Below the pieces are notes generated by a model. It did no database searches and was not told where the DNA came from. It saw only the letters and a list, made by a program, of their open reading frames with translations. Positions 24,401-37,600 of a stretch of 64,000 bases of DNA are shown in pieces (position 1 is the first letter of the stretch; every line of letters begins with the position of its first letter). The DNA comes from Antedon mediterranea (taxonomy: Eukaryota; Animalia; Echinodermata), in contig NC_092672.1 in NCBI RefSeq assembly GCF_964355755.1, positions 3,162,001 through 3,226,000 on the forward strand, read 5' to 3'. A program made the position numbers and the translations under genes.

Positions 24401-27400
24401 ATTTCGTCTATATACTTTACTCCATTCCCATGTAGATCACTAATACAATAAAAACCACAAATAATTATTAATAAATTCTCCATTTGGTTTATAAATATTA
24501 TGTTTATTCATCTTATTATACTGATGAAATTATTTCAATAACAGTCGATCATTTTTTGTACACTTAGTTTCTTTACGAAACGACCCATATATTTTAATGA
24601 TTTGTTCTGTTTTTATCAGCCGATTTTCAATACTGTATACCGAAATCATAGGAATATTTGTGTATTTGTTTCGTATGTATCTAGTATAGTAACTTAACCC
24701 TTAACCTAACCTTCATGATACAGGCACCACATGTGATATAAATGAGATCCTGTATTACTAAATATTTCTATGATACTTCAGAAATAGATAGACTAATAAT
24801 ATGTGGAGATACAGCACTGGGAATCGGGTTTTTATATCAAAATCTATTTATACTTACAGATATTTTAGTTGCATTAAATCTTTGAAAACGTCGTCCGTTA
24901 TTGTCTTTATCTGATTGGTGTGAATATATCTGAATAATAATAATATTAATTTAACATAATCATACAGGTAATACGGACTTGCATAATGAGTCATAATATA
25001 TGAAAAAAAATACATTGTTGTTTACATACTTATTCTAGCCCATGGGTTTGTTTACGGTAACTGTTGTCGTAACTTACAATGTTTTAAGATGATACAACTT
25101 TGCAAACGGTTGATCCATTAATTCTTTCACATTGTTGCCAGATATATCCCTACAAAATAGGATACGATTGTTTGTATTAAATAATAGAAACCGAATTTAG
25201 TGCGTACAAATACCGTGTGGTGTAGTAGAAATGGTGCTGTTTGTGGAAGTGATCACAACGACAATTACTATCTAAGCATGCGTATAGATAATCTGCTGTT
25301 CGTCATTACGTCATAGCGAAAAACAGTAATCATTTTAATACTTACAAAACAACGATAAAAGTGAAATTATCCGGGTTCATGAAAATTGTTTCAGCTATTG
25401 AAGTGCCCTCTGAAGTATGCGATGACACGCTGCTCATGTTTCTAAAAACAATAATTGTTTTTAAATTAAATAATGATTTTATAATAAATAGGTCGGATTT
25501 AAAAAGTCAAATGCTTTGTAATAATCCTATATACGAGTATTATTTATCTACGTAATAAGCATCTGTTTTCAAGTATGATTTTCATCTGCGGGATTAAGCG
25601 TTAGTTTATGCGCATCCATAAACTAACGCTTCCATTATACAGTACAGTACGTTTTTTCGCGATGCTGAAAAATGTGCAACCAATCAGAGCTCAGAGCTTT
25701 TTATATTTAGTAAGGTAAATATCGATACACTATTCTTACAAGTATCTAATATCAGATGGTATAAGAGCAGCTTTGTCCGCGTCCCAGTCAATTCCAGAGC
25801 AATTAAAAGAAAGATCAGTGCAGGTACATCCTTCGGGGCATGTTACATCTATAGCAAAAGAAAACTCACATTTTAGATTGTTATATATTGACAATTTATT
25901 GCTGATTTCTGTCCATAGCATAGCGTCGTTTTCGATGCTAATGGCCTCACCTGCCGGCCGGTTTGGATAAAACACAAATAATATAGTGGAAATTGATAAT
26001 TGTTTTCAGTGTTTTACCAGTCTTAATCATACCGCCATTTTGTTTTCAGCTCATGTTCTTTGAATAAACAAGCATGGCCCGGGCTTACTAATAGTAAAAA
26101 ATCAACAGTTCTTTTCAGAACTAAATAATACGTGGTGTACGGCATATTTTATATCAACATTTGATTTCGCCATGCAAAGCTTCAAACAATACAAATTCAC
26201 TTACTACAAAATAGTTCATCGTCGCCGCGAATACAGTCTTTGATGTTATCACACACACGGTTTTGAGAAATACAATTTGACGCATCTTGGCATTTGAAAG
26301 ATCCGGGACAGTCATATTCGTCTGAAAAATGATAAAGATAGATATTTTAGGACGCAACGCAAGGCCGTAAGCCGCAACGCAAGCGAATTAACCAATCACG
26401 ACGCGATGATCATCGGATCTGTCGCTTGTGATTGGTCAACTTGCTTGCGCTGTGCCTACGTCACATCGCTGCGTCCAATTGGATCCACGCTTTACATTGG
26501 TTACGTAGTGGAATATTTTAATTCAATTAGGAATCTGACTTACCACAGTTAAGTTCGTCTTCTCCATTCTCACAGTCGATTGTCCCATCACATCGACTTT
26601 TGATTGTAATACAGTATGAGTTTGAACACTTATATGTATGCGAAGGACACTTAAATGCATCTGTAACAAAATCAAACCAATGGTGTTATTTGTTTGCCCA
26701 GATGACATTTTGGCTAGGCTATGTAATGTTACAGAGATATTGCCTTTTCTATAGGTGGTAGGCATACGTGTATTATAGAATTATACACCTCAGAGCAGGC
26801 AATAATGCACGTTTTTAAACAAAACGTAAAACACTGAAACGTTTCGGAATAGCGTGAGACTCCACTAAAGCTTGGTTCCCACTAGCGACGCAACGTAACG
26901 CAATATACGCAACGTACGAAAATTCCCTTCTAATAATTGTGTTTTCCTCCGTCTGCGATGTTTGCAGCACTGTTGCGTCGTCGGTTCTCACTTGTGATTA
27001 CGCAATACAGCACTTTGCGTCAATACGTCGTTACGCAACGACGTATTGACGCAAAGTGTTGTAGCAAACTTATAAATATGAAAGTATAACCTACCACAAT
27101 TACGTAATAATACGTAATAACCTACCACAATTACGTAATAATACGTAATAACCTACCACAATTACGTAATAATACGTAATAACCTACCGCAATTACGTAA
27201 TAATACGTAATAACCTACCACAATTACGTAAGAGGCTGCGATCTCGACATCCCAGGATATTTCCATACTCATCATAGTCTAACATACACACGTACTTGGG
27301 ATCAACGCAAATTTCGTTATCACATTTGATTTCATCTTCGTTGTCACATACAGCTCCAAGTGAATTGATATCTGCAGTTAAAATTACAACATATTTTCTA

Positions 27401-30400
27401 ATGCAGTATTTCTAAGGAACTTACGCTTTGTTCCCACTACTAAGTACTACGCAACTCAATGACGTAAACGCGACGCACGCAAGTTGACCAATGAGAGAGC
27501 GAATAATCCATCGTTTGTGATTGGTCAATTTACATGCGTTTTGCTTACGTCCTTGCGTTGCGTCCTAATGGGAATAATAAGCGTTCAGATTCATATCATA
27601 TCTACGACTATATTCACTATTTTTAAATTGAGGGTCTTAAAACATTGACTGTGTTGTACGCATGCGCAGGTGCTTGGTATGCTTCTTGCTTCGAAGTGGT
27701 TGTGCCGCGAAGACAAAAAGAGAACCATCCAATACGTATTATTACCAAATTATTTCCAGACAGATAAAACAATGAAATATGTGTTTTCCCTTCAATAACC
27801 ATAGGACATGCTTACTTAAATGAGCTGTTATTAAAGCTTGGTTCTCACCCTAGGATGCAACGCAAGAACGTAAGCCGCAACGCAAACCAATTGACCAGTT
27901 GGAATAAGCCTTTGATTGGTCAATTCGCTTGCGTTGCGGTTTAGTCTTTACGTTGCGTGCTAGAGGGAACCAAGCTTAAACATGAGCATACGTACGGCAA
28001 TTAACTTCGTCTAAACCTTTCGGACAGTCGGAAGTGCCATCGCATATGTATTTTGGATGTAAACATTTACCGTCACTGCATCGTAAAAAAGTATCGCTAC
28101 ATTGAACTTTAAAAGGGAAAAAATGAAATTAAGTATACAATATAGATCGTTTGCACATGACGTCACATATCCCATCAGCCTTTTCGAATCGCCGTCTTGG
28201 AACAATGTTAGTTTTCGTATGTGCGTGTTCAAAATATTACAATGTTGGACCGTGTGAACCGTGTGAACGGGGACTCCGGGTGGCGAAAATAATCTAAAAC
28301 AAATACAGGCAAAATAAAGGGGAAATTATTTGCGTATCTTACCACACTTTAACTCATCTGTTCCGTCAGCACAATCCGTAATTCCATTACATCTAGATGA
28401 TGGTTCCAAACAACGAGTATTGTCACACACAAAATCAGTATTAGCGCAGCTAGGAAATACTAAACAAAATATAGATAAACATATAGCGATGTACGATTAC
28501 AGCAACAACGTCTCCGTCAGGTAATTAAATTAAAATATAAACAATTAAAATTGTTTTCAGCTCATTTTTTATTTTTCATAATCTGTCCTTCTCAACTATA
28601 GTTTTATTGCAAAAAAAATGGCCGTGGCAATAACGCAAATGTCATGAAATGTGTAAATTAAGTTTGACAAAAATGGTGTCCAAATAATGGTGATATGCCC
28701 AGATATGGTAGAGATATGACATCAATATGTCCATATATGAGCACATAATATTTTTCGTTGTCACATTAAGTTTAATAGTGTAGACAGAGCTTTATATTAT
28801 TAAGTTTGTTGATTATCTTACTACAGTGAGTTTCGTCTGAATTATCTGGACAGTTGTTCCTATGATCGCAGTAGAATGAGTATGAGATACAATGGCCTGA
28901 TCCACATCTAAAACTCGTAGGCAGACAAACACGATCCTCTTCTGGTTCTAAAAGATTAAATGACATTTTAATTCATAATGTCTGCTTTCCATGTACAGTC
29001 AATTAGAATTAAAGTATCGAGTGATTTCTGAATCTATTTTGATTATTAAAAAAAAGCAGTATTTCGATGTCGATGTTGCTGTTGATGTTGTCTTGCTCTG
29101 GCATGATGTTAGTTAATTGTTGTTGCTTTTGTTGTTTATTATATACGTTATTGTAGGAGTGGAGAGAAGTGTAGGAGCTATAAGTAGGGAGTATTAGTAC
29201 ACAAGATCCGTCGGACGTTGGTTCTGATTGGTCAGAACTACATACATGACTTGCCATGACGTCATACCTTGGATTCATCGTGCTTGTAAGAAGGAGCTAT
29301 AAGACGCTGTTGATTGTTTAGTCAATCATATGCAACAGTTTTCACAATCGGTATGAGACTAAACATACCCAGAAGTTGGTTCTGATTGGTCAGAAGTACA
29401 CACGTCTTACATGATGTCATCCCTTCCGTGTCATTGCGGGTCTCATTTCCTATATACTTACCACAGCTCGGAACGGCACAATCGTTCATTTCGTAAAAGT
29501 TGCCAGAATAACACCAAGGTCGGCACCTTCCGTTAGGATTTCTACAAAAGTTGTGATCGCCAATGCCTTTATTGGTGTAGTCAACTGGATAAATAGCATC
29601 TCTGCCTTTGATAGTACTAGTCCACGAGAGACAATATCGGCCATTTTCCGTGGTGTCCTGAGTTCCACGGTAATCCGATCCATCAGACACTTTGAAACAT
29701 TCTGAAATCAGAGAAATATATTATTTATATTGCACAACTCACGTATTAAAAGAAATACAAGAAGTAAACGCAATCTAAACTCATTAACACACATGATTAT
29801 AGAGAAACGTTGCGAAAGTAGTAGTAGTAGTTGTAGTAGTGGTAGTGGTAGTGGTAGTGCCAATTGTTAGTGGTAATGTTAGTAGTAGTGGTAGTGGCAA
29901 GTGTTAGTGGTAATGGTAGTGGCAAGTGTTAGTGGTAATGGTAGTGGCAATTGTTATTGGTAGTGGCAAGTATTAGTGGTATTGGCAAGTGTTAGTGGTA
30001 ATGGTAGTGGTAGTGGCAATTGTTATTGGTAGTGGCAAGTATTAGTGGTATTGGCAAGTGTTAGTGGTAATGGTAGTGGTAGTGGCAGTGGCAAGTGTTC
30101 GTGGTAATGGTAGTGGTAGGGTATAGTGGTAGTGGTAGTGGTGATTATAGTAGTAGTGGTAGCAAGGCGTACAGTACCTTGAATGCAGTTTTCTCCGATC
30201 TCATCACTGTTATCCGGACAATCAAAGTTACCATCACATACCAATGACTTTAAAATACACGCACCAGACGTGCAGGTAAACTGGTTGATGGAACAGGTAT
30301 GATTCACTTCTATATGTGGTTCAACAAAACAAAATTGTTATGTTTCAGACTCAGAAATGTTTGCGTAAGCTTAAGAACGAAATTGTGTGTGTATATTATG

Positions 30401-33400
30401 ACTTGAGGCTTTGTAGACTTACTACAGTCTGGTTACATGTGACGTCTGAAAGTCGTGTAAGTTTGGGTACACACGGTCTAATTCGGGTTTATAACACGTA
30501 AACCCATTCATTATTAAGCTTGGTTCACAGCAAGGACGTAGACGCAACGCAAGCGAGTTGACCAATCACACGCGATTGTTCGAATAATCTGTTCCGTGTG
30601 ATTGGTCAAATCACGTTGCGTTACCTCCTTACGTTGCGTCATAGTGGGAACCAAGCTTTAGATCTGATAGTAAATTGCGTACCTTCGGTTTGAACGCTGT
30701 TGAGTGGTCCAAGCCATATAGGATTTACACGTGATTCTGAAATATTATACATAATATAAATACAATGTTAATCTTGTTTTTATCAACGTAGATTCGTTTC
30801 TTTGATTAAAAAAATGATTTAATTTTTAAAACTGTATTTACCAGAAAAGCAAGACACGGCCGCGTCCTCTGAGTGTTCGCAATCATTTTCCCGTTGACTG
30901 TCACACTGTAAAAGGTCTGTCTCATTGCCTGTGCATTGTACCTCATCTAGATGTATAGGGCCTTCGCCCGAACCGTATCTGTTGCTACTGTACGAACCGC
31001 TTGCACCGTCGAACCCAAGTTGACGGCAGACGACGAACGCGTCATCGATGTCCCAGTTATCGTCACACACTGTACCCCATTGACCGTCGATGTACAACTC
31101 TACACGTCCGGCCGATTCACTCCCGTCGGAAAGCCGAATAAATTCTGTTTAACAAAACACCATAGTAGTAGGCCTGGTCACATTACTGTTTATCATGAAC
31201 TATTATATTTATTATTATTGTTGAAAACAATTGGATATCGGTATATCATAAAACAAAATGACAACAATTCAATTGAATATAATAATTACGCTTTCGTCAC
31301 CAGTCATATTACGTTTTTTTACGTGTTTAATTTACCTGTATAGCAGAGCAAGCCAACATCATCTGCATGTCCACAGGGTGTGGTTGATGTAGAATGTGAC
31401 GTAGACGGACAGTCGAATAGATTAGTTTCATCGCCATTGCACAGAAAACTACGTGGAAGTATCGAACCAACGCCCTTGCCATACGCAACATACGTATATA
31501 CTGTGGTAGCTTCAGGGTAGCCTAGCATTCGGCATGCTACATGAGCGTCATTAATGTCCCAGTCTCTGTTACAAATGGTGCTCCATTCACCATCTGAATA
31601 AACTTCAACACGACCAGCGTTTTGTATTGGTGACCCCTGTAAACGTATTCCAACTGAGAAAAAAAAATACAATTTCAGTTTTCTAAAAAAGAACCAATTA
31701 CAGTATTCAATTCAAGCGTGGTTCCCACTAGCGACGCAACGTAAAGCAACATAGTGACGTATTGACGAAAAGTGCTGTATTGCGTAATCACAAGTGGGAA
31801 TCGACGACGCAGTAGTGCTGCAAACATCGCAGGTTTTATTTCACGCAGGCGGGGGCAAACGCAATCATTGGAAGGACATTTTCTTACGTTACCAAAGCGT
31901 GGTTCCCACTAGAACGCAACGCAACGTAACGCGGCAACGTATCAACGCAAGGTGCTGTATTGCGTAATCACAAGTGGGAACGCAACAGTGCTTCAAACAT
32001 CGCAGGTTTGATTTCACGCAGGCGGGGGCAAACACAATTATTGGAAGGGCATGTTCTTACGTTCCGTAGGTTGCGTTACGTTGCGTCACTTGTGGGAACC
32101 AAGCTTCAGATTGCGTTACGTTGCGTCGCTAGTGGGAACCAAGCATTACGCAACTTGGATTGATTGGTTGTTTTCGTGCACTTAGGTTAAGTTACGTTAT
32201 TACCAGGCCTAACTGTGTTCCTTATAACATATGAATACAATATTATGCAAATTACCATCGGAGCAGGTGACGTGTGCAGTAGTACTCGCACATGATACAG
32301 TATCATCTATTGGACATTGCAGCAGACTTGATTCACTTCCATTACACTGAATCACAACAGCGTCTGGTGACGGATTAGATAGAATATGAATCGACTGTAC
32401 TTGATTGACATCAAGAAAGTGGAGCTCTTTGCAAGTTATCTTTGTTGTTGCCAAATTCCAGTGATCATTACAAGCTGGTAACCATCGACCATCTCGAAAG
32501 ACTTCTATCATTCCTTGGTTACCTCCTCCCTGAATTCGTGTGACCTCTATGTGGATGATAGTTATATATAATTATAGATAGATATATTATACATATTTTT
32601 ACCAGAAAGAGAAAATCTATAGATATGTAGGCCTATTATTAATGTCCAGACATGGAAGCAACAACCACTTGAAGCAGAAGACTCAGTGAGAAAAATGATT
32701 AATACATTTATGTTTGGATCTCACTAGCAACGCAACGATAAATGCCCTTCCGATAATTGTGTTTGCCCCCGCCGGCATGAAATCAATCCTGTGATGTTTG
32801 CAACAATGTTGCATCGTCGGTTCTCACTTGCGCAATACAGCACTTTGCGTCAATACGTCGCTACGTTGCGTCGCTAGTGTGGACCACGCTTTAGAACCCC
32901 TAACAGACATCATCGAGACCCAGGAAAGAGTCAATGAGAGGTCCACTGAGTAGGAATTGGTCGGCGTAGTTTTTAAAATATATACTGCTCCTCGTTCATT
33001 TTACAGGAAATGTTCCTCCTCTTAATAGGGTGTCCAAAAAAGAGCGGTTAGTAATTGTCCTATTTTTTCTAATTATCCCTGTGCTATTTGTCTTAATACC
33101 AACTCAATCAGCATCGTACGAAGCGGTGCTGTCTGAGTTGAATCCCGAAAAGACGAGCAGTAGGGTTTAGGTCGTCGGGAGAAGATTAAACATGTATTAT
33201 CTTCTCACGACGAGAGGACTCGTCGTACGACGCTGTCTGGGTTGGCCTTTATATGAATGAATTATAATTTATCATCGTACCTTGTGAACATTCTACGTAG
33301 TCGTACTGTTCGTACGCTGTCGCCTGTGTTTGGTTGTTCGGGTCCTCTTCGGGTGGAGCACACCCGAACGGTCCACTCCCTTGAGTACAGTACGTGCAGC

Positions 33401-34566
33401 CTTGTCCGTATGATGTTCTTTCTTCACCCTTTCGTGATAAATATACGCCACTTGTTTGCTTTTGAAAACAAAACATATCAAGTGAGGCTTCCGTTTCGCA
33501 CAGATACGTCCATGTGTTGTTGATGTATGCTTGTGGAAACCCTGACAATCGGTTATATCCATGAGTCAATCTGTATCCCGCTATGATGGAGAAATCAAAT
33601 AATTTATAATGCTTAGTCAGATCTTATTTATATTTATTTTGGCCATATGTGGGAAAAATGTGTTTGTGGCAGAGACAGGAACTCAACCCATTGGATTAAT
33701 TCATCAGTCTACATTAAGTACCACCACCAACTAGCCTAAAGTGTCACAACTTTAAGGCCTCAATGTGTAATTGTTGAGGCCTGCTATAGTTACTTTCCAT
33801 TATCTTTCACGATTCCCTTATTACAAACTAAACGTAACTTAAATACAATTATGCCTAACTTTCTTGCTCTTCTGGGCATTAAACTTATTAATACATGTTC
33901 AGTAATAATATTTGTGGCCTATATCTTGATGGCTCAATGGATTGTGATGGCTCCGATCGATGTGGTGCGACTTACACTTTTCACCTCCCAGACCTATTTT
34001 GTTTTTCTCTACAACTATTTATAGGCCTAAATGTATCTATCTTTGTATAATCGAGCGTAGGCCTACATTTTTTGCAGGATATATAGGCATCCGCTAGACA
34101 ACTTCGTTGATTTGTTACGTAAAATACACACTGCTCAAATCTAGTCTCCGATCCAGAACAATTCACGTTGTAGATAGTCGATAAATTCCTGGCAATGCTG
34201 CTGACGTTACCAATACTCAAAATGTCTTCAAAGCCTAGCTGCTTGCATATCACCCTGCCAGCGTCCATGTTTAAGTCTCTGGCACACACTGTATGCCATT
34301 CTGAATCTGTGTACACTTCAAGTCGTCCATCAGATGCAAACTCACCATCGGTTAAGCTAACTCCATCTAGATATAAATCAAAACAAATCAAAACATAATG
34401 AACTGTTTTTGACAGAATATCTAACTTTCTAAAACCTACCGCTTTGGTTGACTATCTGAATTTAGTAGTTTAAACACCGCAAGTTATTTTACAAATCACA
34501 ATGCGATGTGTCATCCGAACTGTCGCTTGTGATTGGTCAAATCACTTGCGTTTTGCGCCTACGTCG

Positions 34567-34600
<34 letters not shown>

Positions 34601-37600
34601 GATTTTTATAGCGCACATACCACTCCAGAGTGCTCAAGGCGCATTTAAAAATATAAAAAAATAAATCATACAAATTCCTGACAAAATCCGTTGCGTCCAA
34701 ATAGGAACCAAGCTTTATCTTTAGCCAGAAACCAAAATATTACCAGAAAATCAAAGCTTATTCATAACACGGCAATCTAACAACATGCTGAGCTCCATTG
34801 GAGCAAAGGTTTTATGTGTGGCTGCGACACGATCAGTTCCAAACCCCTATACATAAACCGGAAAATAATGTACCTGTAACCGTAACTAGTATAATTTTTT
34901 CGCAGCCAATCCTAAGATCAAAGGACTGTTGCAAGTTCCTACTTTGTCAAGAAAAGCTCAGCATCTTGTTTTTTGTACTGGCCTTGTTCAAGCAGTAGCA
35001 ATTTTAAACTGTGTATGCCTATGTAGCTTACCTGTTGAACACTTCACTCCAGATTTGTAACTATCGGCGTCTAGTAACCATTTGAACAAACAGTCACTCA
35101 GGTCTGTCTCATCACCCGTACACTCCACAGCATACGTTAATGTCTCGTCTTCAGACGTAGTTCCGCTAGTACAGCATTCTGTGTAATTTGCAGATGGGTA
35201 TCCTAAGGTACGGCAGATGACGTCAGCTTCGTTTATATCAATCGCTGACATCATAGACCATTCGCCACGGTGAAAAAATTCCACCTTACCTTCGTGTAAC
35301 TCTTCTCCAATTAGTCGAATTCTCACTACAAAATGCCAGGACAGTGCATTAAATATTTATTGAAATATATTTTCGTTTGTTCGTGAAGGGATTAAGTTTA
35401 ATAGCCACCTAACTTAGATGTGCTTGTAATAGTTAGGAACCACACCCATGAGTCTTATATTTTTGTTAACTCTTAACCATCCCCGCTCCCCTCCCAACCT
35501 CTCCTCCCAACCGATTACTACTTACGTGGTAAACACACGACACCAACATCATTGTCATGACCACAAGATGTATCGGATGTTACATTACCAGGATCGCAGG
35601 GAAAACCATATCCAAGGAGACAGCTACTATAGTTTGTCCACACGTCACCTGTTCCCTCTCCGAAATCATAAACTAAATGTTTCTCTGCTCCTTCATACCC
35701 CAGTTTCCTACAAATGATATTAGCGTCTTCCTCGGTCCATCCTTCGGCACAGATGGTACCAGCATATTCACCCACACTTTGTATTCGGCCTTCTCTGGCT
35801 ACGGTACCATTGACCAGAGATACTGTGATAAAGGAAGATACATATGAACCGCTGTAGTTATGTTCTATAAGCGTGGTTCCCACTAGCGACGCAACACAAG
35901 GATGTAACGCAACGTGACCAATCATAAGCAATGGATTATTTGAACAGTCGCTTGTCATTGGTCAACTCACTTGCGTTGCGGCTACGTCCTTGCGTAGCGT
36001 CTCTACTGGGAACCAAGCGTATGGCTAGGTAAGGCTGTTTTACTGAAGAATTGTGAAATATGATTAATTGGGACGTTTATATATAAATGTCGTTATGAAG
36101 ACGCAATATTTTCATTCAAAAGTAAACAACTGGTCAATAGGCCTATATTTGTTTTACTTTTGAATTCAGTTTTGTTGTTTGTTCGTTTCTACTCATTACG
36201 TCATTCTCTCGATCTCACTCATCATTGTTATATTAAAATATTTCTTCACTTCTCTGTTACTTAAGCTTGGTTTCCACTAGCGACGCAACGTAACTCAAGG
36301 CAGCAACGTTTGACGCAACGTGATGTGTTGCGTGATCACAAGTGGGAACCAACGACGAAACAGTGCTGCAAACATCGCAGGTTTGATTCCACGCAGGTGG
36401 GAGTAAACACAATTATTGGAAGGACAATTTCTAACGTTGCGTAGGTTACGTTACGTTGCGTCGCTAGTGGGAACCAAGCTTTAATTTGTATTTAGTTTGT
36501 TCTGAGGCTCGACAATATACCGCAAGTTTCGTGTCTATATAATGACATGCAATCCATCATCTTAAGGTGGGGCTTTGATCAATTTAATTAGCAATATTAT
36601 CTTGTTAACTTGGAATGGATTCAGATTTTTGAGGAGAGATTATCGTACTAAAGATCAAAGACGCACCGCAGCGATATACGTTTCTTCGACAACATCTAAT
36701 ACCGATATCACCTAAATCCTTATTTCCATTAATGAATTTATAAATACAGAATTCTGTTGGTTTCGCATTTAAAAATCACAAAAAAATAGATGACAATAGA
36801 TCCGCGTAAATCCAACCGAAGGACGCAGTGACCACATTAATGTAATTGTTTGTGAACTAATCTATTATAAGAGAGAGAGAGACTTTTTTTGGCTATTGGG
36901 CCTACACGCATCAATCCTATGTATGACACCAACTGTACGGAAAAGTGTTGAACACTTTGGAAAATCGTCCCGAGTGTCTTTGCTAGTAAAATTACCAAGA
37001 CTTGCCCCAAGTCTGATCTTTTCGATGTTTAGTATACTTATGAAACGCCGTATGTGCCAAAATATTTATCTTTTTACTAATATTAAGTCAACTCTATTAC
37101 CCTTTATTATGAAAGAATAACATGTCATACAACAAATATTTGTATCGATTTATCAATTCAACAATTATTATATTACTCTGGTTATTGTATTACCGTCTGA
37201 TTTTACAGTAACTGGAACACACACAGAGTCAGTTTATATAATTAGTATTTTATTGCTTGACCCCTTTTTAGTAGGCTTTTTTAGTAATATAATATTCTTC
37301 TTTAATTAGTCTCATTGTAACAGACTGTACAGTAGGATATCGTATCTGATATATGCTGCTCATAATTTTGTCTTTCTTGCATTATTGTTTTATTAAAGAC
37401 CACCAGAATGAAAATCGTTTAATGTCGATATATTCTGGTTCACAGTGAAAATTGTTATTGACTGGCAGGAATGTATCATATCTCATGTGAAATTATGAGT
37501 TTACCGCTTCTTGAAACTTTCCGCCTAAAACAATTTATTGCGTCATCATTAGATAGATAGAGAAAATAAATGTTCCTTTTTTTCCAAACGAGAAAATTGC

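Noticed and set aside
30023-30177. Thr/Pro/His mucin-like tail of ORF 30023-30307
   Set aside because: Lies beyond the donor at 30177 in a GTAGTG microsatellite; no evidence it is exonic.
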